Assembly: GCA_003971905.1 (NCBI GenBank)
Contig: RSEE01000055.1
Location: 372,001-436,000 of the forward strand
Origin: Moniliella sp. 'wahieum'
Taxonomy: Eukaryota
DNA length: 64,000 nt
Reading direction: 5' to 3'
Part shown: positions 26,530 through 40,100 of the stretch, one piece after another
Layout of the letters: each line of letters starts with the position of its first letter
How positions within the stretch are numbered: the stretch's first letter is position 1
The notes under the pieces: generated by a model
What the model was told of the DNA's origin: nothing
Seen by the model: the letters and a program-made list of their open reading frames with translations, nothing else
Databases searched by the model: none
Position numbers and translations under genes: made by a program

Positions 26530-27230
26530 TGGTGTCTCTGCGTCTCTGATCCGATCCGATTCAATTCAATCCGAATCTGATCCGATCCAACAAGGTGTAA
26601 GCCCAGCGCTGCCCATCCTGGGAAACATTGGGTTTCTCTTTCTCCTCCTGGTTGCATGCCTCGCTTTGGGAACCGTCTCGCTAGTCCCTGGTCCCCGACG
26701 ACCTCGAGTGCGCAAGGCGAAACCAAAGGTCTGGCATCCCATTCAGTTCCTGGCTAATGTCACATGTCATCGGTCCTCGATACTCAACTTACCTCGGCAT
26801 ACCTACTTTGTGTCCATTGTGCATACATAGCTCGCACTCTGTAGGACAGTGCTAGTGGTGCAGATGGATGAATTCATCAATCATGCCCATGCACATAGAT
26901 AGTACCTTCCGTCGCGCGCGTTAGTACGAATGGAGAATCGCATTCTACTATGGCAGACATGCAGGCACCTCTACATAGTTTAACTCCCAGAAACGGCATC
27001 CGTCGCTTGACTCCTTTACGCTTCACGCTCCACGGTCCACGCTTTTCACTTTCACGTGACGCGTGAAGCTTGAAGCTTGAAGCCTCACTAGTCCCTAGTC
27101 CCTCTTCAAGCTTCACGACACGGGGCGTTGGTTCCATGGAGGAGGCAATGGGAGAGCGGGCCAAGAAGACAAACGAAAAACGAAAAACCAAAACCAAAAG
27201 GGAAACAAAAAGGAAAAGGAAAGGAAAACG

Positions 27231-27368
27231 TGCCCTCGCCGGGATTCGAGCCGCCGGGGCAACTAATAACTTGTTCGTGCAGTGTGTAGTACAGTTAGTT
27301 CCTCGTGATCGAACCCGATGGTCAATGGGAAACGTTGCGCCTTAACCACTATTTGATCCCGAGTGTGC
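27231..27368 (-). other. tRNA-like / Pol III element (degenerate or long-intron tRNA)
   Basis: Minus strand has A-box-like TAGTGGTTAAGGCG, T-arm-like GGCTCGAATCCCGGCGAGGGCA at the 3' end, then T-rich sequence. I could not complete a cloverleaf. Confidence 0.35.
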
Positions 27369-29400
27369 ATGAACTCATGAACGAAGGGGCAACGAGACGA
27401 AATACTTGAGGGGTGGAGTTGGAACCTGGATCGGTCCACGCTTAAACTTGCACCTTCAAGTCCAACAAGTCCAACAAGTTCAACGAGTCCAACCTTGGAA
27501 ACTGTAGCTTGGTCGAATTTCCCAGCCGAACCGAGGTGGGTGGGGTGGGGCTTAGCGCTTAGCCTTTACTAGGGCACATAGGAAGGGCCTATATAGGAAC
27601 CTCCTACGGCAACAGCAGACATCTATCTGCATCCCAAAACTACCTATAGTAGTTCGGACCTCGTACCTAGAACCTAGCCACTAGCCACCACACGTCCCGC
27701 ATCACGCATCATGCACCACTAGGAATTGCTTTGGGGACCATTATGCATTGCATTACCGGATACCGGTTACCCATTGCATATTGCACCCAACCCAACGTCC
27801 AACCAAACCAAAACCCAAAACCCAAAACCCAAAGACCCTGGCCGGGCCGGGCGAACCGCCGGAGACCAAGCGCCAACGAGGCCCGAGGCACGACGCACGA
27901 CGCAGGTCCAATCGATCATCCAGATCTACGATCTAAAATCTAATCCAGACGGGCCGATCCCCCGCGCCACGATACCAGGTTACCACTACACCAGGAGACC
28001 ACACAAGAGACCACACAGGAGACCAGCACCACCGGTGACTCCGGTGACTAGTGACTAGTGACTGGGAATTAATTGCTGGTACCCGGTACCTCGCCGCACG
28101 CGTGGCGCCCGCGCTCCTCCCCCCTGCAGTGTGGTGCCCAGTGGGGTGGCGGATGGATCGATGGTCGATGATCGAGGAAGCAGCGCAGTGGCTCGGTGCC
28201 AGGCCCCAGACGACACGCAAAGCAAAGTAAAGCAAAGCAAAGCAAAGACCGCCGAGTTGGACGGTGGCTGGTGGCTGGTGGCTGTTTTCTGCTGGCTTGG
28301 GGGCTGGGGGACGTGTAGGTGCGGGCAGGTACCCGGTACGGACCAAGCTCCCAGCAGCGAGAGTCTTCCCGTCCCGCGTCCTGAGCGCCCTGAGCGCCCT
28401 GGGCCTCAGGTGCGGGTGACCGGTGAGGCCGTGAGGCCTTAGGCTGAGGTTTCAGTTGACATGAACCTGGGCGGCGCAGAGGTACTGAGTACGTGGAGGC
28501 GCAGTAAGGGCTAGGGTTGGCGTGTCGATCCTGGCGATCAGCATCATGCACCACCCATCATGCATCAGCGATCCTTCGATCCCTCGACCAGGGGGGCGCC
28601 AGAGCAGAGCAGAGCACACCCCAGCGCAGCAGGGCACACAGGGCACAGCAGGGCACAGAAGAACACGGCAGAGCACGGCAGAGCACTGCCCACTGCCCAC
28701 CGAGCGCCGAGCGCCGAGGCGCAGCGCTTGTGCTTGTGCTTGCCGGGTACCCGCGGACGCTGGGCACGAGCGCCCAGCAGGAGCGCACTCAGGCGGACTA
28801 CGATGTCTGATCGGTGATCCGTCGTCTCACAGTACTGGTACTGCACTGAGGTACTGAGGCCTGGCCTGGAAGCTGGACCGGCCGCAGCAGGAGTAGGGTT
28901 ACTGGTTACTGGTTAGGCCGTGGGCTGGCGTACGCGTGGTGTGGCGCGTGGGGCTGGTCACCGGTCACCGGTCAGCGGTCACTGGTCAGCCGAGCTCAGC
29001 GGGGCGCCTTGCTGGTCGCCAGGGGGCGCGTGAGCAGCGACGGGTGAGCGGTGAGCATGGCGCGTCGTTTGTCGCTGGCTGCGGCCGTGTGATGCGCTGC
29101 CCCGATCAGACGAGCAGACGGTGTGGTGGCGGCGCGAGAGAGAAGCGAGAGAAGCAGCGCGAGTGCGCAGGCAGTACGCAGCACGCAGTACGCAGCACGC
29201 AGTACGCAGCACAGTACACTGCACACTGCACACTGCACGCACCACACCGCACAGCACACCGCAAGAACACAGTCACTAGGCACGCAGTACACAGCACACT
29301 GCCCGCCGCTCTTTCCCCCCCCTTTTCCCACCCCCACCACCGCTTGCCACCGCCTGCTTGCCTCTGCTCTGCTCTGCTCTGCTCCCCTTGCACCACGCAC

Positions 29401-31715
29401 ATGCGCCTCTACCTCGCCGTCGACTGTGGCGGCACCAAGGCTGCGGCAGTGGTGCGATGGCACTGGCCACGTTCTGGGCCGAGGTCTAGGCGGTCCCGCC
29501 AACTTTACCGATGTCGGCTGGCACGTCTTTTTCCGTTCGCTGCGTACCGCTGTGGACCATGCGATGGCCCAAGCTAAGGAATCCGCTTCGTCCCCCACCG
29601 CCTCGGTTGGCGACAAGGCTGTCCTGCCGCTCTGCCGTGCCTGGTCCGCCCAGTCGCGCGCATGGAAACGCAGGAGCATCCACGAGGGTATCGTACCCAC
29701 GGGAGAGCAGCATATTTTCGAAGCGGCCTGGCTTGGCATAGCAGGCGTCGATTCAGCCAGTACTGTGCACCTACTTTCCCCGCCTGTAGCTGCGCTCTTG
29801 GGCTTACCTCCACCTCCTACCCCGCGCCTCGTACTGGCTAACGATACTTCCTTGTTGGCTGCCCCGGTGCACGACCTCCCCGCCCCCCTAACGCCAGCCG
29901 AACCGGCGTCGTGGTGATTGCCGGAACAGGTTCGATCGTCACGGGCTACCGAGTGGGTAAGGCATCGTCTGACCTGGCTAGCTTTGGTCGCGTAGTGGCC
30001 TCGGTTGGTTGCTCGGCGACGAAGGGTCCGGGTACGCTGTGGGACGCGAAGCCGTACGTGCCGTACTGCGTCAGGCGGATGCAGCCCGCTTCGTCGATGG
30101 CTCCGACGAGGACGATGTGGCTTCCGAGACGGAAGATGAGGAGGAGGACGAGGAGGGAAGGACGAACAATGAGAACAATGACGACTCGGCGGCACAGGTT
30201 ACCCATACGCTTTACGTGATCGTATTCTTACGGAGTACAATCTCAGTTCGACGATGAACTGTTTGGTGTGATTTACGCTTCCGACACGCACGGTCGCGAA
30301 CCTAGCAAAGAACCTTCCTCCCCCGTCGCTCTTCCCTTCCGCACCGGCCTCGCCTCAAAGTAGAAGGGACGACCGGCTGCTCCCCCCGGTCCTAATGCGC
30401 CACACCGGAGCGTCCCCTCACCCCCATCGCACCCCTCAGCACCGAACGGCCAGGTACACCCGCTTCCTTGGCCACGGCCAGTGAAGGTGAAGCCGAAACC
30501 GAAGGTGAAGTCGAAGGTGAAGGAAAGGCAGTGGGAGAAAGAAAGGCAGAACGAGGGAACCCATTCTCCCACGACACAAGACAAGGAAGCGGAGAAAGAC
30601 GAGGAACGAGCAGCGGCATCCTTGACAGCTGCTAGTGAATGGGCCGAACGTATGATCTCCCAACCTACCCACTTGGCTCGCGACCGTACCATACGCGCTA
30701 AACGTCCCGCCCCAGCATTGAAGTTGGACAACTCGGATGAACCCCCCGCGGGGCAGGACCCCCACCCCCACCCTCAATCGCAACAGCAACAACAACGAGA
30801 ACAACAGGGTCAGGGTGAGGGGCAGGGACAAGAACGAGGTCGGGACCGGGGGAACGCACCTAATCCGCCCAATCCGCCCAATGCCGCACCGACTGCGGCT
30901 GCCAAACCCGTGATGGCCCAAGCGCCCAAACATAGGTTGGCAGCCTTGGCGCCCGTCGTGTTCCATCTGGCCTTTGGCATGGAGATGCATTGGCTTTGCT
31001 CGTCTTGCGCACCCAAGCAGATTGCATTGCGCGGCAAATTGCTGAGCTGGTCCGGCCCGTGCGTCCAAAGGCAAAGGGACTAAAGGTATCTGTGCCCCCA
31101 GCGGGACTAACGGGGTCTGCGGGATCTGTTGGGCAAAGGGATCTGTGCAGCAGGGGGAGAAGAAAGTACGTTTTGGGCATGGGATTATGCGGGCGCTACG
31201 CGTGTAGGGCGACACCGTCGACCGCGCGCGGAAAATGCTGTGCTGTGTATGGGTGGAAGTTTATTGGGTGTGGATGCGTATGCTCATTTGCTCCTGCGCC
31301 AATTGGCGGCCCGTGGCGTGCACTTTGCTCGTGCTTGTTCGTACCCGACCCGGCGAGGAGTGGCGCCCTAGCCCTCGCTCGGTTGTGGGAAGGAAGGCGT
31401 GATGCGGGAGGTGTGGAGGGTGTGGGCGGGGGAGTTAACCCTCCTGTACCTGTACAGGGCGCGGGGGGTCAGGTTCAGAATGCGTCTACCTCGCATCAGC
31501 TTCACCTCGCTCCGCTTTCTTCTTTGGTTCGTACCACGAACCCGAGCACGAACCTGAACACGAACCGAGTACGAGCACGAACCCAACATGAGTACGAGTA
31601 CGAACGTGAGTACGAACTACGCGCCAGTGCACTGGGACTATCTGCTACGCGACTGGCGGCGCAGGACCTGCTGCGGCGCCCGTGGCTGTGGCCGAGTGGG
31701 TGTAATCCCATTTAA
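29401..31715 (+). CDS. BadF/BadG/BcrA/BcrD-type sugar kinase (N-acetylglucosamine kinase-like)
   Basis: MRLYLAVDCGGTKAAAV, GRGLGGPANF, WLGIAGVD, LANDTSLLA, VIAGTGS, LLGDEGSGYAVGREAVR, RLAALAPVVF, LCMGGSLL, VPDPARSGA. Many frameshifts; 3' end uncertain. Confidence 0.85.
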
Positions 31716-33177
31716 TGTGACGGACAAGCAGGCGGGGCAAAGGGCAAAGCGCAAGGGCAAGTGCAAGGATAGGGCAAGCGATCAGCCGTGTCTGGTACCT
31801 AGAAACTGTGTGTGTGGGGGGGGGCGATGTTTATGTTGCAAGCGGGGTGGGGGCAGTACGGTGGGCCAGTGGGAAGGCTTAAGGCTTAAGGCTTAAGGTG
31901 AGAGGTGAGAGGTGGGGGCTAGGAAGGGACGGGGAGGATGGGTGGATGGATGGATGGCGTGCGGCGGAAGATGGGCTATGGGGGTGCTGTGGAGAGGGAT
32001 GGGATGGGATGGGATGGGATGGTGTGCTACCTGGATGGAAGCAGGTTGGCCCTGGCCTGGGTCCAGGTGGAGATCGGGCCAAGCGCTAAGCTTTAATTAA
32101 GCCTTACCTTTAAAATGTTAAACGTTAAACGTTAAGCTCCAGCTGTAAGCTTTGAGCAATTTGAGCTTTAAGCTTGAAGCTTGAAGCTTAGGGACGGTGG
32201 CGCGGGCCAGCAGCGCAGTTGGAAGTGAAATTGAAATTGAAATTGGAATTGCACGTGCCTGCTATGGTGTGCGAAAAATGAGTGCGTGAGTGCGTGAGTG
32301 CGTGCGCCTGAGACTCAGGCCGCTCAGGCATGATGCATGATGGTGCATGATGCATGATGGGGGCAGGTGCGCAGTGTCGACGCACCGCGTCTTGGAGCTT
32401 GAGGGGCTGGGCTTGCGCTGGCCCGCTGCGCAGCGCATGGGCACACGCGCAGGGCGCAAGTGTACCATGGCGACATGTGACGCGTGTGACGTACTGAGGT
32501 ACTGAGCTCAATATCCAATCCACTCCTCAGACTGAGGACGGAGTTGCTGAGTTGAGGCGTTGAGGCGTGCTGAGCTCAGCCTGAGCGCTGACGCCACGCA
32601 CTGGCTCAGTGTGTCCTGGTCCATACTGCATACTCCATGCCGATGCCGATGCAGGGGGGCCCGCCGAGGGGGCTGGCTGGACGTAGCTTGCAGGAGGCAG
32701 GAGGCAGCAGGCAGCAGGGGGGGCGGGGGGGCAGTGTGCGGGTGGCTGGGATCATCGTTCGAGGATGGAAGATGGGTGATGCCTTTGTGATGCATGGGTG
32801 ATGCACGATGTCGATGCCTTGTGCCATCGGGGCGGGGGGCGAGTGTAGGGCCAGTGCAGCCCAGCGCTGGGCGGCGGCGGGCCGACGACAGCCCGGCGTC
32901 CACGGCCTCGCTACTCCGACGGGGGGGGGGGGGACGCAGAGACCCAGGGACCCAGGGACTGGGGACGCGGCAGCAGCAGCACAGCGCATCCAGCATCCAG
33001 CATCCAGCATCCAGCATCCAGCATTGCCCTAACCCACCACCGCTAGCAGAGGGGGGAGCTAGTCTGCGCTCGCATCTACTTGGTCTGCGCTTGTCTCCAC
33101 TCGTCTCTACTTGGCCTCGCTTGCCTGGCCTGTTGCTCGCTTCTCCTGCCCTGCCCCCTCCCCACCGTCCCCCCGCC

Positions 33178-34552
33178 ATGCCAGCCGATCTGCTGCGGCT
33201 GCTCTAGGACCCCCCACCCCCACCCCCACCTTATGCACCTTCCCTGCGCCCCCCCCGCCCAGCCCCCCCCCGCGTTGGGCGGCCCACTCCCAGTCCCACT
33301 CGACTCACTTGCCCTCCGCTCCGTTCCCCGCAACTTGCCCCTCAACTCCGCTCTCCGCAACTTGCCCCTTCGCTCCGCTCTCCACACCGCCCACGACGTC
33401 CACCGCGCCCCGCCCTTGCTCGGCTCGACACCACCCCGCACCTCGCTCGGCATACCGCCCCGCCCGCCCCGGCACCAGCCCCGTCTAGCCCACACACTAT
33501 CCTCTCCGCGTCCGAGTCGCAGCCACACCCACACGCACATGCACATGCACATGGACATACGTTCGTCGCTTCCCCCGCGCCCCTCACTCGCGTGGGGGCA
33601 TGAGGAACCCGTATCGATGCACCCATCTTTCCTCCCTCCCGCACGTGGTGGTATCTCCACTATTCTCCCGTCCTTTCTCTACGTCGGACCTGACGTGACG
33701 TGCAGGGAAGACGTGGCGGCGCTCGAGGCGCTCGGGATCACGCATATCCTCAATATGGCCACGGAGATTCCAGATGGAGGTTCGCCGCACCTCGGTCTGC
33801 CGAGCCTGTTCCACTGTCTCAAAGTCCCGCTTACCGACTCGGTCGAAGAGACGAAAGTCCAGGCTTCGATCACGCGGAGTTGTGCGTTTCTTGATCGTGC
33901 CCGTGATGCCCAGGGGAGAGTGTACGTTCACTGCAAGGCAGGTCAAAGTCGAAGTGTGTTGGTCGCTATGGCTTATCTGATTCATAGCCAACACATCACT
34001 TGGCGCCAAGCCTACCATACCGTCTTGGCTCAACGCCCGGTCGCTTGTCCGAACTTGGCGTTCATTGCGGAACTCATGGCGTTTGAACGCGCCAGACTGG
34101 GTGAGCCTTTTGGGCTTCCACTTCCACTTCCACTTCTACTTCCATTTCCACTTCCACTTCCATTTCCATCTCCACTTCCACGTCCATCCGCGTCCACATC
34201 CGCCTGGGACACCTCTGCTCCCGTTCCTCTGCAGCTTCCCCTGGCTCCTATTCCTTCGTGTGTGTCGAGCGCTAGCGCTAGCGCAAGTACCAGTGCCAGT
34301 ACCAGTGCCAGTACCAGTGCCACCGCCACTAGCGCCTGTACCTCCAGCATGTCTGGTCCGAGCCCTTGTTTGTCGGACACGAGCGCTGATACTGGGCTGA
34401 CACTGCCGCTGGTGCTGGTACTGGCTCTAGCCCATTTGCCTCCTGCCTCGCTCGCCGCCAGGCAACCCATCCGCTCTCCGTCAGCTTACCCGCCCCGACC
34501 CTCTCGCCACTTACCCTTCCAAGAGGACCATAGTACGTGCGTGCGTGGGTAG
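33178..34552 (+). CDS. Dual-specificity protein phosphatase
   Basis: ISTILPSFLYVG, LGITHILNMA, VPLTDS, active site VYVHCKAGQSRS, CPNLAFIAEL. Start uncertain (33178 or 33233). Confidence 0.88.
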
Positions 34553-35910
34553 CTTGCCCCATCGCATCATTCTATGGTTTCCTCCCCCTACCCTCTTCCT
34601 TCCTTACCCCCTTATCCCCCTTATCTCCCTTCCCCCTTTCCTTCCGTCTGCTCCATGTGTCTGTGCTTGTCTCTGTGCTTGTCTCTGTGCTTGTCCCTAT
34701 GCTTGTTTCTATCTCCCTTCTCCCCTCTCCCCCGGGCCTCGCGCATTTTTGGTGGAATCCCTCGTTTTGCTCCGCACGGGTTCGGTAACGTGCGCCCCTT
34801 GGCGCAGGTACCGGTTACGCTTACTCTTACGGTGGATCGGTTGATCGGTTGAACCGTTGATCCCTTGATCCGTTGATCCGTTGAACCTACTTAATTGGAT
34901 CTCTCTCTCTGCTTGATCGCAGAGACGCGTGTGGGTGGGCTTATGGGCTTATGGCTTATGGGCTGATTGGTGGGTTCGTAGGCTGATGGTTCGGGGCTGG
35001 TAAATGGTGGGCTCGTAGAAGTGTACTAGTAAGGCCCTATTATACTCCTCGGTTCTATGCCCGTGTTCTGACCTCTTCAGTATACATTTGTAGCCCTGCG
35101 TGAGGTAACCAGTAACCGGTACGGCTTGCTAGCTGGGATCCTCATCAACGTTCAACGTTAAACCATCTGGTAAGACTTATTGACCACAAACTTCTTCCCA
35201 AGCCCTGATGGTCAGCACGTTGGTCTCACGTCTTTTTTCACCTTCTTTTTTCCCTTGACTTTTTCACCTTTCCGCTTCGGGTTGCACGATTCTGCCAGTG
35301 AACGTTGAACGTGAATCGTACTGCAGTGGGCACTCTTTCTTCGTCCCCACGGCTCTTCTAGGACGGAAGTGTCTTCTCTTCACTAGTACCACCACCGCTC
35401 GTCAACTACGTTCAACGAGCTCCAGAGCTCAGATCCCAGATCTCAGTCATCTCTCGTCCATCGTATGGCCCCCGGTCGGGCCCTCATCAGTCACCTCGTC
35501 TCCCCATACAGGGCGATTGTAGTGCCTGGCCTCCTCTCTGTTGGATCTTCTCAGATCTCAAGCAGCACGTCGCACAGTGCGTGGGTCATGAGACGGATTC
35601 ATGTTCTGCAGCGCTCCGCTGATTGGCTTCATCTCGGGAAGGTATAGGGAGTGGTGATCATATACCCATCATATCAATATCCTCCACGAAGGTTGCTGTC
35701 CTGCTATGGCAACGGTGCCATCTACGTCACGAGTCTCCCTCCTTTTGACAACCCCCTGAACACTATTCCCAGAACCCAGCTCATTGGTCAATCAATCCTT
35801 CAAGCAGTCATTGCTTTTGGGGATGGGGCGAGCACGATCATGAGAAACGCCAACTGGTTGCAGCTTGGGACAACGGCATAAAAGCACAGCAATCTGTCGC
35901 CTGTGCCGCT

Positions 35911-37181
35911 TTAAAGAGCACCCTTGTCCGCTGCCGCAACAGCCTTGGCAGCCTCATCAAGTCCGTCAAACGAGTAGATCTTCAACCCCGACTCCTTAAT
36001 CATAGCCTTGGCTCTTTCTCCTTGGTTCCCTGCAGACGCACCACAAGGGGCACCGACAACTTGAGATCCTTGGTGGCTTGGATGATGCCTTCGGCAATCA
36101 CATCGCAGCGCATGATGCCACCAAAGATATTGACAAAGATAGCCTTGACCTTATCGGAGCGGAGGATGATCTCAAAGGCCTTCTTGACAGCCGCTGCGTT
36201 GGCACCGCCACCCACGTCCAGGAAGTTGGCCGGCTCCCCCTTTGAGCTTCAACACGTCCATGGTCGCCATGGCCAGACCGGCACCGTTAACAAGACAAGC
36301 AATGTTACCGTCGAGTGGATGTAGTTGAGGCCCACTTCGGCCGCCTCGACTTCGTCGGGGTTTTCCTGTGACCAAGTCCCGCTGAGCAAAGATATCGGTC
36401 TGACGGAACTCGGCGTGGTCGTCAAAGCCCAACTTGGCATCCATGCACAGACGCACCATCCTTGGTCTCGGCCAGAGGGTTGATCTCTACCTGCGTCGCA
36501 TCTTTCGCCTCAAACACTTGTACAGATTGACAAAGATGCGCGCCGCTTCCTTCTCCTGGTCCGGACCACTAAACCCGAGCTTGTGCGCATCTCCAGCGCC
36601 TGTTGACTGCTCAGACCTTTCTTGAAATCGATCGGAGTGGTAATGATCGCTTCGGGATTGGACTTGGCCACTTCCTCAATCGACATACCACCTTGGTTCG
36701 AAGCGATCAACACGGGACCTTGGCTCGCACGATCATTCAACACGCAACGTAGTACTCATGCTGCGGCGCACGCGCTTCAGCTAACACCACCTTGTTGCAA
36801 ATCCGACCTGCTGCCCCGGTCTGCTTGGTAATCACTTGGCTCCAAGCATTTGCTTTGCCAACGTCTCGGCCTCAGCGGCATCTTTGAGCAGGTGCACACC
36901 ACCCTGCAAACCAGAGTCGAAGTGTCCCTTACCCCGTCCACCAGCAAGCACTTGCGCCTTGATCACCGCCCCGTGCGGAAACGTCCCCGCTGCAGCTTTG
37001 GCTTCCGAAGGCGTAGAGGCAGGTACGAACTTGGGTGTCGGAACTTCGAATTGGTTCAGCACGCCCATGGATAAGTACTCGTGTGACTTAGGTTGCGCAC
37101 TTGCTGTGCCCCAGGACGAAGACGAGGCATCATACTCGCCCGCGCTGCAGCACGAAGAGGAGCAGCTGTCATCGCACGCAT
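35911..37181 (-). CDS. LSC2: Succinyl-CoA ligase beta subunit, mitochondrial
   Basis: Arg-rich presequence [14 protein letters not shown]...[79 protein letters not shown]. Ends AAADKGAL* (35911). Heavily frameshifted in this consensus. Confidence 0.93.
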
Positions 37182-40100
37182 AGTGTAGTGTGTAGTGAAG
37201 CGTAGGTAGGAGGCGAGAAGAAGAGAGATCGAGATCTCAGAAGAGAAAAAGGTGAGGGAGAGAGGGGAGAGACGGGAAAGATGATCTAGAAAGTGGTGAG
37301 GGACAAGAATATATATAAGTGACTGTCATGATGCGTGAGACCGTGAGGCCGTGAGAGCTTCCCTGAGGCTCTGGGGCGTCACGCGTTCATGCGCCAACGA
37401 GATCTGAGAGCGCAGGCAGCAGCCCACTGGCCCAGCCATAGTCAGCATGGGCCACCCATCGGACAAGAGAGATGGGGTGAGGCGTAAGGCGTGAGGCGTA
37501 AGGCGTGAGGTGTGAGGCGTGAGGCGTAGAGTGGGGCTGTGGTGGGCCAGGCGGGTCAGGCGGGCGGAGATGTGGGCGCGGATGCGGATGCGGGTGCGAG
37601 CGCGGGTGCGGGTGCGGGTGCGGGTCGGATGGGAATGCTTATGCTGGGCATCAGGCAGGGTCAAACGCTAAAACGTTAAAACGTGAAACGTGGAACGTTA
37701 ATATTTAATCGAAATCTCTTAGATTTTAAACCAGGCCGGGTCCGGGCTTCTCTGCTTCTCTGCTCGTCTGGGCGTCTGTGGGTGCGAGGCCTGAGGCCTG
37801 ATGCGTCCTGCCGCACGGATACGCAGTGAGTATTGATGCTCCGAGGCCTGAGGCTCAGCCGAGGGCGCAGGGGGGGGGGGAGGAAGGCCTCAGGCTTGGA
37901 GCAGCTTTGGTATCAATATTGACTGACTGGTGCTTTGCTGCTGTTGCTGCCGAAGGCGGTGCCGACGACGGCTACGCGCCACCACGACGTGCTCACCGGT
38001 CAGCGTCATCAGCTGCACACCCACGCACAGACCACCCCGCCATCCACCATCGACCATCTCATCTCATCTCATCTCATCTCATCTCATCTTGATCATCGAC
38101 ACCGAACACCAAAACAATCATTAATCAGCGTCAGCATCCGGACTGTGCATCAGTGCATATCAGCACTGTCACCATGTCACCCTTGAAGCTAGCTTTAGGC
38201 TCCCGCAGGCTCCCGCGCTCCGCGCTGCCGCCGGGATCGGGACGATGGGTAGGGTCTGGTGGGGCCGGTGATGCCGGTGATGCATGATACATGATGCAGA
38301 GGCAGGTGCAGGTGCGTTTGCAGTCGATAGTCACCCAGGGTTACTAACGATGGCATACTCCCCCTCAGGCCTCAGGCTCAGGTCTCGTTGGTCGTCACCG
38401 GGTCACCACAGTCACCTGAGGCCTATACTAGCTAACCCACCACCCGGCCCTAGCTCCAGCTCCAGCGCTCGCCTTACGCGTTACGCCTTACGCCCAAACC
38501 TCTCTCTCATCAAAATCGCCCACCAAGGTGTACTAACTAGTGCTCAGTACTCTCTGTACCATCTACTCAGTACTCACACTACGCCTACTCATACTCACCC
38601 TCAGCTTCACCGGCACTGTCGCCCCACCACAGTCCCTTGCCATTCGCCAGCACGCCACGAGCCAGTATGCATTGTGCAGTATGCAGTACCCAGTACTGGT
38701 TCCCTATTAGTGCATTGGCGCTTTAGCCAGTACTTAGTACTTAGTGCTAAGCCTATAGCCAGCGCTTAGCCACATTATGCATTCCCCACTGACTCCTCCT
38801 ACCGGCTACCCCTCTCCCGCGCGCCCTTTTGCTCCCGCTGTTTTCCTGGGGCCCCGCACTCGGGAAAACAAGCTCAGAAGAGTTAATAAGGCTACCTGAC
38901 CACCGGTGATCGGACGGTGAGCGAACCCAGCAGACAGGATGAATCATTAAATCATTAATCATGCATCATGCATCATGCATGGCCATCATCAGCACCTCTG
39001 ACATTTGCATTTTACTATGGACAGCCCCAACACCGCAGCCCATCATGCATCACAGTCCACAGCAGTGTACCCTCGCCCGTCTCTTCCTCCAACCTGCAGG
39101 TCCCACTCCCTCGCTCCCAGAGTTGCCAGCGGCAGGTCGCCGTGGGGCTGATGGATTTCGGATCATCGATCAGGCAGCCGCTGCTCAGTGCACTCTGTGG
39201 CTCACCGCTCAGGCGACTTACCACCACATATCGATAGCCATGCATTATGCATCAGTGCATCAGTCTTCTTAATTCCAGTGTGGCGCATTTGCATGATGCG
39301 ATTGAGAATTGATCTTCACACGCCCCACGCCCACACACCCACACACTCACCGCCTTAGACCTCACCGCCATCCCCTCTTCTCCCACCGTATCGTGTTCAA
39401 GTCAACCGTAGCATCTCGTAATCCCCTACACCCATCCACACCTGGCTTGACAGTTGACCGTCGTTGAGCCGCATCATCATCGTTTCTCCTCTTCTGTTGA
39501 TATCTTCTTCAAGAATTTCATAGCATATATCAGCAACCTTCACCACTGCACATATATCTCTTGCTTTCATCGATCATTAATCATTGACATCCCGGTTGTT
39601 ATTAATTGTTGTTCACACATCCATGATTCATCTCATCTCAGTAGTACACTCAGTACTCAGTACTCGGTCGATCGCAGATCGCAGATCGCATGCCGTGTAC
39701 CGTGCGAATCTGCCCCCCTCTCCCCCCCCTCTCACGCCACTCAGTGCTCACATCTCTGTAATATCTTTCTAGTCATGCTAGTCATCCATTTGATCGATCT
39801 CGACGTCGGCGAAATGAATTGAACCAACATTCGCTTCAGCGCCTCGATATCATCAGTCAGTACTCAGTCAAATGTAGGCTAGTTGCTCTTACTTTACCGT
39901 CATCACCTTTCTGATGTACCACTACTGTGACTAGACTACCACTCTCTCACCCGCACAGGTCACATTACTGCCGTCTTCAATTTGACTCGCCATTCATGCA
40001 CCATATTCATGCACCATGCTCGAAGGCACGCTTGCACAACCACCATCAATGAAAGATTCTCTTCGCCCAGCTTCTGCAGCTACCTTCTCCTAAGCCGCAA

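Noticed and set aside
34116..34182. (TTCCAC)n and other microsatellites (GCATCCA at ~32986, TCTCA at ~38057, GGGAT at ~31996)
   Set aside because: Ordinary simple repeats with no further structure.
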